Shown here one piece after another: positions 55,030 through 64,000 of a DNA stretch of 64,000 nucleotides. The DNA lies in NCBI GenBank assembly GCA_964016885.1, contig OZ024741.1, positions 101,680,001 to 101,744,000 of the forward strand. The letters are read 5' to 3'. Within the stretch, counting starts at the first letter, position 1. Every line of letters starts with the position of its first letter. Under the pieces are notes generated by a model. That model was not told where the DNA came from and did not search any database. It worked only from the letters and a program-made list of their open reading frames with translations. The position numbers were made by a program, and so were the translations under genes. The DNA is from Eledone cirrhosa (lineage: Eukaryota).

Positions 55030-55048
<19 letters not shown>

Positions 55049-55653
55049 TTCATTTATTAGGCACCAGGGCCGAGATGTAGGGGACAATACAAAGACAGAG
55101 ACAGTGGGGGTTTACAATAAGGTCGAGTAAAAGTGCATAGTGGCAAGACTAATTTAACAATGAAGATATAAAAAGTATAAAATAAACTATGCATAAATAT
55201 AACAAAATAAATTCCCCTATAGGGGGTGGACGACCCAGGAGTGACTCAGGTACCCCACCAATCCTGAACCACCCTGCGCTTCTAGGGCACCCAGGGAAAG
55301 CACCCCTCTCCTCAAGTTAGCTAGCCTATAGGCGCATGGTCAGAGTAGGCCCATTCACACGGTCCATTCTTGCCACATTCATCTACCTTTTAGCAAATGT
55401 ACTGGGGGGCAGCACTTCTCTCTCCACCCTCACCTTCCTTTCCAGGTGAAACTTGAAGAAGTTGATGAGGGATTGGCCGAAGAGAAAAGTGTCTGTCTTC
55501 AGTCCTTTTAATCTGGTCTACCATATAACCTCTTTCGCAACTGCCACCAGACAGGAAAATTGCCTGTTCTTCCTGACCTAAGGAAGGCGGCGGGTCAATC
55601 TTCACTATGGATTTGGCCGATAGCTGGATCCGTTCCACACGCGACAGTAGCTC
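55030..55653 (-). mobile_element. 5'-truncated, diverged Tx1-like copy
   Basis: LLSRVERIQLSAKSIVKIDPPPS is homologous to the ORF2 C-terminus of the neighbouring element. Confidence 0.8.
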
Positions 55654-55715
<62 letters not shown>

Positions 55716-55959
55716 TTTTCTTTATTAACCACAAGGGTTCACATAAAGTAGACATTAAGGACAGTACAGGACAATACAGGACGGTACAAATGGGCATTTC
55801 TGCGTGTAAAAAAAAACAGAGGTTGAAATAAAATAACAAAGAAAAATTCCCCAATAGGGGGGAGACTTCCAAGGGACATTTGTGGAGAAAGCCCATTAAA
55901 AGACCACAGTGGCCCTGACCACCAGGGCAAGTGCCCTCTCCCAGTTTTCCACCTTTAAT

Positions 55960-58900
55960 TTACAGACACATACTCAGAGAAGGCCCATTCATTCGGGCCA
56001 TACTTGCTTCTCTCACCCATCTTTCAACAAAATGCTGGGAAGAGAGCACTTCCCTCTCTACCTTGATTTTCCTTTTCAAATGAAATTTGAAAAAGTTAAT
56101 CAGGGCATCACCGAAGAGGTAAGTGCTCGTCTTCAGCCCTTTCAAACGTGTCCACCATACTATCTCTTTCGCCATGGCCACCAGACAGATAAAAACTGTC
56201 TGCCCTTCCAGGCTAAAGGAAGGGGGCGGGGCAATCCTCACGATGGACTCAGCTGATAGCTGGATCCGTCCTACACGTGACAGCAGGTGTTCGACATAAA
56301 CCCACAAGTCAGCAATGCTCGGACACTGGACGAGTGCGTGCAGGACGGTTTCGTCGCCCTGCGCGTATCTCGGACATGCCCGGCTGACGGCACCTCCATG
56401 CCTGTAGAGTTTATCCCGAACTGGCAAAGCTCCTCGGTAGCACTGCCAGGCCAGGGATTTCTGGAAGTTGTCCATAGGCCCCGGCCCGAAAGTCCTTCCG
56501 AAGAGATTGGCTAGTTGATTTTCGTCGACGCCTAGAGTTTCTCCAAGTACGTCGTCGCTCTTCCCCTCCACTAATCCCCTATAGAACGCCAAGGTGGAGT
56601 TTCTACCGATCACATTGCCCGATTGGCCGAGGGCTGTGAGCGCCTGAAGACATTCCAGTCTCCAAGCGCTCCCTCTCGGTCTTCGCTTGACCCAGGACTG
56701 CAGCTCCGTCAAGGAGACGAGCTGGGGAAAAACGTGTCTTGCAAACGGCGACCACACCTGATCACCGTCGAGGAAGAGGTGGAGATGTCGTAGCCTGAGC
56801 GCGTGTCTGCGCATCATCAGCCATGGCATGCCCAGCCCTCCACGTAGCGGGTGTTGACAGCAGATGGACCGCCTGACCATCGGAGCGCGTCCCTTCCACA
56901 AGAAGCGAAAGAGCAAACGCTCCAGCGCAGTCAGGCGGGGCTTAGGACAAGGTACGACGGTCAGGCGGTAGTAGATGACGGATGCGATGTACGCATTCGC
57001 CACCTCCGCTCGACCTTTCAGGGATAGCTTCCTCTCGGCCCATTTCTGGGTGAGAGAAGCCACCCTGCTCGTCACCTCGTCCCAGTTTTTGTCCGTCTGG
57101 AGGTCTGGACCGAACCAGACCCCTAGCAATTTAACCGGTCCGTCCGTCCAGCGCCCGACGACGCTGTTGGACGGCATGGACCTGCCTCTCCAGGTGCCGA
57201 GCTGCAGGCCCACTGACTTTTCCTGGTTGATCATTGCTCCTGTCACCGCTTCGTATTCTCTTAGTGTAGTGCCGATCGCCTCGATGTGTTTGGCGTTCGA
57301 CACCACTACGGTGACATCGTCGGCATATGCTGACACGGATCTTCCGCATCCTAGTTCGCGCGGGACCCCCCTCAACATCTCCAGTTTGTGCAGTAATGGC
57401 TCGAGAGTCAATACGTACAATAGGGACGAGAGGGGACATCCTTGGCGGACCGAGCGCATGATGTTGAACGGTTCCGAAAGGTGACCGTTCACTCTCACTA
57501 CAGAGCAGATGTCGCTGTGCATGGCAGCGATCCAGCCTCTGAAGACGGGCCCAAAGCCAGCCGCCCTCAGGACTGCCGTTAGGTAACGATGGTCGACCCT
57601 ATCGAAGGCTTTCGACTGATCTAAATTGATCAAAAACCCACCCGTGCCAGGTTCCCTAGCTACCCTCTCTACGATGTATCGCATGAGGTGGAGGTTGTCG
57701 TGGATGGATCTGTCGGGAATGGCGCATGTCTGTGCCTCTCCCACCAGACCACCAACGACAAGCGCCAACCTCTTTGCTAGCACCTTGGCCAAAATCTTGA
57801 ACTCTGTGTTTAGCAGAGTTATGGGCCTAAAATTATCTATGTTATCCCCCTTGTTCGGATCCTTTCTCAGCAGCGCCACCGCTCCTCGGCTCACAGAGCT
57901 GGGAATTCTCCCGTTCTGTTGCCAGTTGCAGTAGACGTCCGCCAAGAGGCCTCCGAACAAGTTTGGCATTTGTACGTAAAGTTCATAGGGCAGACCATCC
58001 AAACCAGGCGATTTACCCCTTGTGCAACTAAACATTGCATCCCGTACTTCAGCGGTTGTTATCGGCTTTTCGCAACACTCCGCCTCAGTGGCCGAAAGCC
58101 GCGGCAGTCCGTCGAGGTAGACACTAAAGTCCATCCCTCGATCCGGCCCGCCACTGCACCCGAACAGTTGAGCGAAGTGTCGCTGAAAAGCTTCACACAT
58201 TTGCCCGGGATCGAGTAGCATGCGCCCGTCGTGGTCCACCAAAGACCGGATCGTGGCTTTGTTGCCACGACGCGCCTCCGCCACTCGGGCCCATTGAACG
58301 GCTTTCGTCCCCTCGTGTCTGAGAGCACGCACCCTAGCTCTGACAACGCAGCCTTCGTGCTTTGCATTGAAGAATTGGTCAAGGGCCAATTTCGCCGCAA
58401 GTACGTCGGTCGCGATGCCTTTGCTAAGCGCCTCATCTAATTTTCTAACTAATTCTCCCTCTGCTCTATTTTTCTCTATTGCTAAAGTCTTACTAAACCT
58501 AATGGACTCTATTCTAATTGCTCTTTTCAGAGCAAACCACCACTTGTTGTTGACGATGGCCCCCGTCAACGCCCGCTTAACTAGTTCGCTAATCCGGTCT
58601 CTGTAGGCCTTGCGCGCTGGTAAGGACGCGTTTAACTTCCAGTAGCCGGGTCCTCGTCTATGAAGCCTATCTAAGTCAAGCACACAGATCACGAATTTGT
58701 GGTCCGTGTAGCTGACTATCTTGAATTGTGGACAGCCTATGCTAGACCTATCTATTTCCCTACAAAATACTCTATCTAGATATGATCTGGATGACCATAT
58801 GCGATTTGTCCAAGTCCACATTGGTACATTCGGGAAATCCATTCGGTACCTGTCAGACAGTTCAAAACGTCTGAGCAGGTTGGTGAGACTCTTGCACCCT

Positions 58901-59379
58901 CCTTCCCTATCCACTAATCCCACACAATCCCAGCGTGCATCTAAGATCCCGTTCCAGTCGCCCACTAACACTAAAGAGCGGGACGTTCCAAGAAAGGTCT
59001 CCAGACGCCGGAAGAAATCAGGCCGCCCTGCTCCTGTCGGGGCATAGACGGCCACTAACCTGAAAGCTTGCCCGTCTCCGCTGGTCACGTCCAGCACCAC
59101 CAACTTACCTTCTGGGTCCAGGAAGATGGCCCGTATGGCAAGATCCAAACCTCTCCGAAAAAGCACAGCAACTCCTCCCCCCGATCCCGGACGGCTGGGA
59201 GATGCGTACACATCGTAGCTGCCGAAGATCGGTGCGAAAGCCTGTGCTTCGGAGATTCTGGTCTCGCTGATGGCCACTACATCTATGTTTAGTGACCTGA
59301 GGTCGTTGAGCAGGTGGCCCTGCTTCCATGACGACCCCAAGCCACGCGCATTTATGCTGCCTATTCTGAGTGAGGTCAT
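55960..59379 (-). CDS. Tx1-like ORF2: APE endonuclease + reverse transcriptase + C-terminal zinc-binding region (1139 aa, uninterrupted)
   Basis: SINARGL, VGDWN, SYLDR, YTDH, GPGYWKLN, KSPGLDGL, NFRPITLLN, DQSKAFD, VRQGCPLS, AYADD, CPR...ETVLHALVQC. Confidence 0.95.
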   Translation of the reverse strand: MTSLRIGSINARGLGSSWKQGHLLNDLRSLNIDVVAISETRISEAQAFAPIFGSYDVYASPSRPGSGGGVAVLFRRGLDLAIRAIFLDPEGKLVVLDVTSGDGQAFRLVAVYAPTGAGRPDFFRRLETFLGTSRSLVLVGDWNGILDARWDCVGLVDREGGCKSLTNLLRRFELSDRYRMDFPNVPMWTWTNRIWSSRSYLDRVFCREIDRSSIGCPQFKIVSYTDHKFVICVLDLDRLHRRGPGYWKLNASLPARKAYRDRISELVKRALTGAIVNNKWWFALKRAIRIESIRFSKTLAIEKNRAEGELVRKLDEALSKGIATDVLAAKLALDQFFNAKHEGCVVRARVRALRHEGTKAVQWARVAEARRGNKATIRSLVDHDGRMLLDPGQMCEAFQRHFAQLFGCSGGPDRGMDFSVYLDGLPRLSATEAECCEKPITTAEVRDAMFSCTRGKSPGLDGLPYELYVQMPNLFGGLLADVYCNWQQNGRIPSSVSRGAVALLRKDPNKGDNIDNFRPITLLNTEFKILAKVLAKRLALVVGGLVGEAQTCAIPDRSIHDNLHLMRYIVERVAREPGTGGFLINLDQSKAFDRVDHRYLTAVLRAAGFGPVFRGWIAAMHSDICSVVRVNGHLSEPFNIMRSVRQGCPLSSLLYVLTLEPLLHKLEMLRGVPRELGCGRSVSAYADDVTVVVSNAKHIEAIGTTLREYEAVTGAMINQEKSVGLQLGTWRGRSMPSNSVVGRWTDGPVKLLGVWFGPDLQTDKNWDEVTSRVASLTQKWAERKLSLKGRAEVANAYIASVIYYRLTVVPCPKPRLTALERLLFRFLWKGRAPMVRRSICCQHPLRGGLGMPWLMMRRHALRLRHLHLFLDGDQVWSPFARHVFPQLVSLTELQSWVKRRPRGSAWRLECLQALTALGQSGNVIGRNSTLAFYRGLVEGKSDDVLGETLGVDENQLANLFGRTFGPGPMDNFQKSLAWQCYRGALPVRDKLYRHGGAVSRACPRYAQGDETVLHALVQCPSIADLWVYVEHLLSRVGRIQLSAESIVRIAPPPSFSLEGQTVFICLVAMAKEIVWWTRLKGLKTSTYLFGDALINFFKFHLKRKIKVEREVLSSQHFVERWVREASMARMNGPSLSMCL

Positions 59380-59413
59380 GTTGAAAAGGAGTGGAAAAGA
59401 TGGGAAAGACCAC

Positions 59414-61409
59414 TTACCTTACTTCTCGTAGGGGAAGGACGGCTTTTCCATCCTTTTCACTGCTTGTGGCCTCCTCAGGAAGGATGTCCTTATAAATCCT
59501 CCTGGAGAGTGCTTGTCGGAAGTCTCCGATGTCTTTGGGGAATTTTTGTTTTAGTGTCATGTACGTTTTCTGTGTGATGCGAGTGATTTGTATGTGTGGA
59601 GGTGGTGTGAATTTTGGGGTTGTTGTGTATTCTTTTTCTGTGATGCTGGTGTTGTGTTGGATGTAGTGTAATAATTGCTTGTTGTTCAAATTTAATGCTG
59701 TGTAGTGTGTATCGTTTTGGTTGTTTTGTTTTGTTTGCGTTTGTTGTGGGTTTGTTTCTGTTTCGCATTTTGGTGACTTTTGTGGTGTAGGTGATGGTGG
59801 TGCTGGGGATAATGATGGTGATGGTGTTTGGGTTGATGGGGTTGGTGATGCTGGTGTGGATGGTGGCATATCTGTCCTAACTTTTTTGTTTCTTAGTTTA
59901 TTTGTTTCCCTCTGTATTTTGTTTTTGGAGGGGGAAGGAAGAGAATTTTTTCTTTTTTGGTTTCTTTTTTTTTCCCCGGATATCGTTTCCCACTCCTCGT
60001 CGTCACAATCTGTCTCCAGTTGTGATAGGCCGGGGAGTGGAAAATCCTCCACAGCCGTTAGTTTTGGTTGTGGTGTGGTGGATGGTGTAGGCGCTGGTGC
60101 TAGTTCTGAAGCGTTGGGTGGTGGTGGTGTTGGTTTTGCTGGTGGTGGTAGTGGTGTTGGTTTTGCTACTGTTGCTGGAGTTGTTGCTGTTATAGTTGCT
60201 TCTGTTGTTGCTGCTACAGTTGTTGCTGCCATCTCTGCTACTGGTGGTGTTGATGGTTGTGTCACTGGGGTGGGTAGGAGAGGTGGCCTCAACCTTTTAG
60301 CCTGAGGGCAGAAAGCCCTTAGGTGGGTTCCTTTACCACAAACGACACACCTAGGTCTTCTGCCCTCGACAATTACCGTGAGGTGGCTGCCGTCAGTGAG
60401 GTCTATTACCTCTGGGATCTCCTCAATGCTTTTTTGGTCCGCTTGGATCAGGAGCTCCATCCCAGATCCGGACCAGTTTTCCTGCTTTTCTTTTGCTACT
60501 GCTATTATTTTCGTGTTGGCTTCGATGCCGGTGAGGACAGCCGCTATTAGCCAGGGAATTTCGATGGCCGGTGGAACGTGGGTCACCCTGATCTTTACGA
60601 GTCTCTGGCCACAATAGCTTGGGACAAGTGTGAGGTCGTCACTTTTTAATGGGGCCATGGAGTGTTCTCTAGCCTCCTCTGGTGTTTCAAAGAACACATC
60701 CACGGTTCCATACTTTTGCCCACGTCTGATGTGGGTTTTTCTTGCCCACACATGTCCCAAAGCTTTTTGGATTTGGGACTCGGATGCCCGTTCCACTCGG
60801 CGCGATTTTACATTTATTGTTCTATACGACACGGTGCACAGGCGCCGATGCTCTATTTTATTAGGTGGGGGGTGGGTGGGGGGGGGGGGTGAGGCTGACC
60901 CCGTACCCATCTTTCTTTACCATTTGTTTGGCATTTTCTAAATCTTCTTGAGTTACCGTGAACGCTTCGAATTGTTTTGCTACGATGGCGAAACTGAGGG
61001 TCGGTTTTATAATGTCATTGTTGTTGTTGTTGCTATCGTTAATATTAATTTTATTTTCAGTTTTGGTGGTGGTGACGTCAGTCGTCTTTGGTGCGGAAGA
61101 GTCCATTTTGCTTGATTTCATTTCGACATCACGAGTTAATTTATTTTTTTCTTCTTTTGTTTCTGTTGTCGCGGTGGTGGTGGGGGTGGTGGTTGTCGCG
61201 GTGGTGGTGGTGGTGGAGGCTTTAACACCTGCAGTCATTGGTAATGGCGGGAAATGAATGTCTGCCTGAGACAAATTTAAAATATTGCTACTGCTTATAT
61301 TTTTTTTTGTGTTGGCAAACGTAGTAACATTTACAATGGTGGTGTCGGTGTGAGGTGTTATTTTGTGAGGAAGGCTTTCAGCTGCTTCGTGCAGAGGGGA
61401 ATTAGCCAT
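59414..61409 (-). CDS. Tx1-like ORF1 (gag-like, CCHC knuckle, Pro/Thr-rich), split by a frameshift at a G/C homopolymer (~60865-60890)
   Basis: ORFs 60861-61409 and 59414-60910 overlap at the poly-C run; CVVCGKGTHLRAFC zinc knuckle. Confidence 0.8.
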
Positions 61410-61617
61410 TTTTTTTCAAAGAAATTTTTGGATAATAATAAAAGTTAAAATTTTGGGCACAAGGCCCCAATGTTTTTGGGTGTCCTTTTCGGAAAACAAT
61501 GTATGTGTGCTTATAAACAGTTAACAATAAAATTTTCCATAAATGGCAATTTTTAACAAACGGAAATAACAAACCTTTGCGGAGCTCACGATAATACGAT
61601 TTCCTACGTAGGTCGCC

Positions 61618-61647
<30 letters not shown>

Positions 61648-61648
<1 letters not shown>

Positions 61649-62773
61649 CTTTCTTTATTAACCACAAGGGTTTACATAAAGTAGACATTAAGGACAGTAC
61701 AGGACAATACAGGACGGTACAAATGGGCATTTCTGCGTGTAAAAAAAACAGAGGATGTAATAAAAAAATAACAATGAAAAATTCCCCAATAGGGGGGAGA
61801 CTTCCGAGGGACATTTGTGGAGAAAGTCCATTAAAAAGCCACAGTGACCCTGACCACCAGGGCAAGTACCCCCTCCCAGTTTTCCACCTTTAATTTACAG
61901 ACACATACTCAGAGTAGGCCCATTCACTCGGGCCATTCTTGCCTCTCTCACCCATCTTTCAACAAAATGCTGGGAAGAGAGCTCTTCCCTCTCTACCCTG
62001 ATTTTCCTTTTCAAATGAAATTTGAAAAAGTTAATCAGGGCATCACCGAAGAGGTAAGTGCTCGTCTTCAGCCCTTTCAAACGTGTCCACCATACTATCT
62101 CTTTCGCCATAGCCACCAGACAGATAAAAACTGCTTGCCCTTCCCGACTAAAGGAAGGGGGCGGGGAAATCCTCACGATGAACTCAGCTGATAGCTGGAT
62201 CCGTCCTACACGCGCCAGTAGGTGTTCGACATAAACCCACAAGTCAGCAATGCTCGGATACTGGACGAGTGCGTGCAGGACAGTTTCGTCGCCCTGCGTG
62301 CATCTCGGACATGCCCGGCTGACGGCACCTCCATTCTTGTAGAGTTTATCCCGAACTGGCAAAGCTCCTCGGTAGCACTGCCAGGCTAGGGATTTCTGGA
62401 AATTGTCCATAGGCCCGGCCCGAAAGTTCTTCCGAAGAGATTGGCTAGTTGATTTTCGTCGACGCCTAGGGTTTCCCCAAGTACGTCGTCGCTCTTCCCC
62501 TCCACTAATCCTCTATAGAACGCAAAGGTGGAGTTTCCACCGATCACATTGCCCGATTGGTCGAGGGCTGTGAGCGCCTGAAGACATTCCAGTCTCCAAG
62601 CTCTCCCTCTCGGTCTTCGCTTGACCCAGGACTGCAGCTCCGTCAAGGAGACGAGCTGGGAAAAGACGCGTCTAACAAACGGCGACCACACCTGATCACC
62701 GTCAAGGAAGAGGTGGAGATGTCGTAGCCTGAGCGCGTGTCTGCGCATCATCAGCCACGGCATGCCCAGCCCT
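61648..62773 (-). mobile_element. 5'-truncated Tx1-like copy in tandem with the full-length element
   Basis: Highly similar to 55715-56840; one frameshift near 62410. Confidence 0.93.
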
Positions 62774-62939
62774 CATATTTTTAATATATATTTTCCTCCA
62801 CTGTGACCCGTCTGTTTCTTTCTTACTGCTTCCCTTTTTCTCTGTATCTCTCACTTCCTTTTACCCCCTCTACCAGTCACTCTCTGTTAGCCTCTTCCTC
62901 ACGCTTTCACTCACTCACTCTCTGCTACTCCTTCTCCTA

Positions 62940-63203
62940 CTTCCTCCCGTTTGACCTGTGCGAGATTCTTTCCCCACTCACACTTCGACCAGGTCGGATG
63001 GTCTTTATTCTCTCTCGTCTACGATTTCACAGAACTTATGTTCATCGAGTTCAGGGACTTGACTCCTTCTTCCTCCCATTGACCTGTGCGAAATTCTTTC
63101 CTTACTCACATTTCGACCAGGTTTGATGGTCTTTATTCTCTCTCGTCCACAATTTTACAGAACTTATGTTCATCGATTTCAGGGACTTGACTCCTTCTTC
63201 CTC
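62940..63203. repeat. Tandem duplication, 128-bp period, 2 copies
   Basis: gacctgtgcga at 62953 and 63081, with matching downstream sequence. Confidence 0.9.
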
Positions 63204-63374
63204 ACTTTTCGTTGCATTGCCATCTTTGTTTGTTTACTGTCTCGCTTGTTCCCCCGATTTACGTCTCCCAACGACTTTCTTTAGCCGTTGCTCGCACCAA
63301 CCAGAGGTATATGGACTTTAAAGCGATGAAATACCAATGAAGGGTGGAAGATCACTGATGAAGGACTAAATTTA

Positions 63375-63430
<56 letters not shown>

Positions 63431-63530
63431 GGTATATATCGAGGGACAACTGTACACATACACACATATATAAATATATATATATATATATATACGGTTT
63501 CTATAGGACTAGAACTGTTGAAATCCCCAA

Positions 63531-63582
63531 GGCTTTCCTGATGATTTAAAACGAATAAAACAGTTCTAGTCGCGTAGAAGTT
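63531..63582 (+). ncRNA. Decayed hammerhead motif (same family as 3705/4514)
   Basis: ttc-CTGATGA-tttaaaacgaat-AAAA-cagttctagtcgcg-TA-gaa; core GAAA mutated to AAAA. Confidence 0.45.
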
Positions 63583-63673
63583 ATTTTCTTTTTATCTGAA
63601 ATAAGTTACTTCATGGATTGAGTACCTTATTTAATTGTAGTTTCTTTTCTTTCCTCTAAGGGAAACCATTATA

Positions 63674-63914
63674 CAGGAGGGAGTGCTGAAAAGTTCTTGG
63701 CTTTGGATAAAAAAAAAATACAGGAGGATCAGTTAATTATGATTTTATTGAACATATTACCCTCTCAGATTCACACACTTATTGCAGCGATCCTTCACTT
63801 TTTCTAAGCCCTGTCAAAAACAACAACAACAACAAAAACAACAACAACAAAATAATTCGGAAGAATGGCCCTCTGCAGCAGTGATCAAATCAGGAACTTT
63901 TCAGTACCCCCTCG
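63674..63914. mobile_element. Mariner-type MITE
   Basis: TIRs gagggagtgctgaaaagttcttgg / caggaacttttcagtaccccctc; TA at the left end. Confidence 0.7.
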
Positions 63915-64000
63915 GAAACCAAAGAACGCACCAGGTTTCCGCCAGAGAAGTTGTCACATGTGGCATCTCAGATGAGGCCCCTATCACCACGGAACTGGAA

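Larger units (their letters stand above)
55715..61617 (-). mobile_element. Full-length Tx1/L1-clade non-LTR retrotransposon flanked by (AAT)n
   Basis: Two-ORF structure with intact ORF2; both ends abut (AAT)n. Confidence 0.93.

Noticed and set aside
56287-60941. Numerous + strand ORFs
   Set aside because: Antisense shadows of the GC-rich Tx1 ORF1/ORF2

Overview
AT-rich, microsatellite-laden eukaryotic (animal) DNA. The SINE/LINE repertoire suggests an octopod cephalopod; this is inference and no database search was run. The only confidently identified host gene is the 3' half of FBXO4 (4 coding exons, + strand, 14039-18377). Possible exons of an uncharacterised gene lie on the - strand at 47.8-52.9 kb. 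The rest is mostly transposon-derived: RTE-clade LINEs, R4/Dong-like LINEs, a nearly intact Tx1/L1-clade element, Penelope-like remnants, tRNA-derived SINEs, a non-autonomous Helitron, and Tc1/mariner, piggyBac-type and CxxH-DDE DNA transposon relics. Four observations stand out. (1) There are at least 8 type-I hammerhead ribozyme motifs, some in long inverted repeats and several probably intronic to FBXO4. (2) One RTE copy carries a ~135-nt tract with 19 A>G changes on its sense strand, either a fossil of RNA hyper-editing or a sequencing artefact. (3) R4/Dong-like and Tx1-like elements sit antisense in the (TATG)n and (AAT)n tails of RTE elements. (4) A ~620-bp non-autonomous RTE derivative forms a tandem array, apparently by inserting into its own tail. 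Most ORFs in the supplied track are microsatellite or antisense artefacts.
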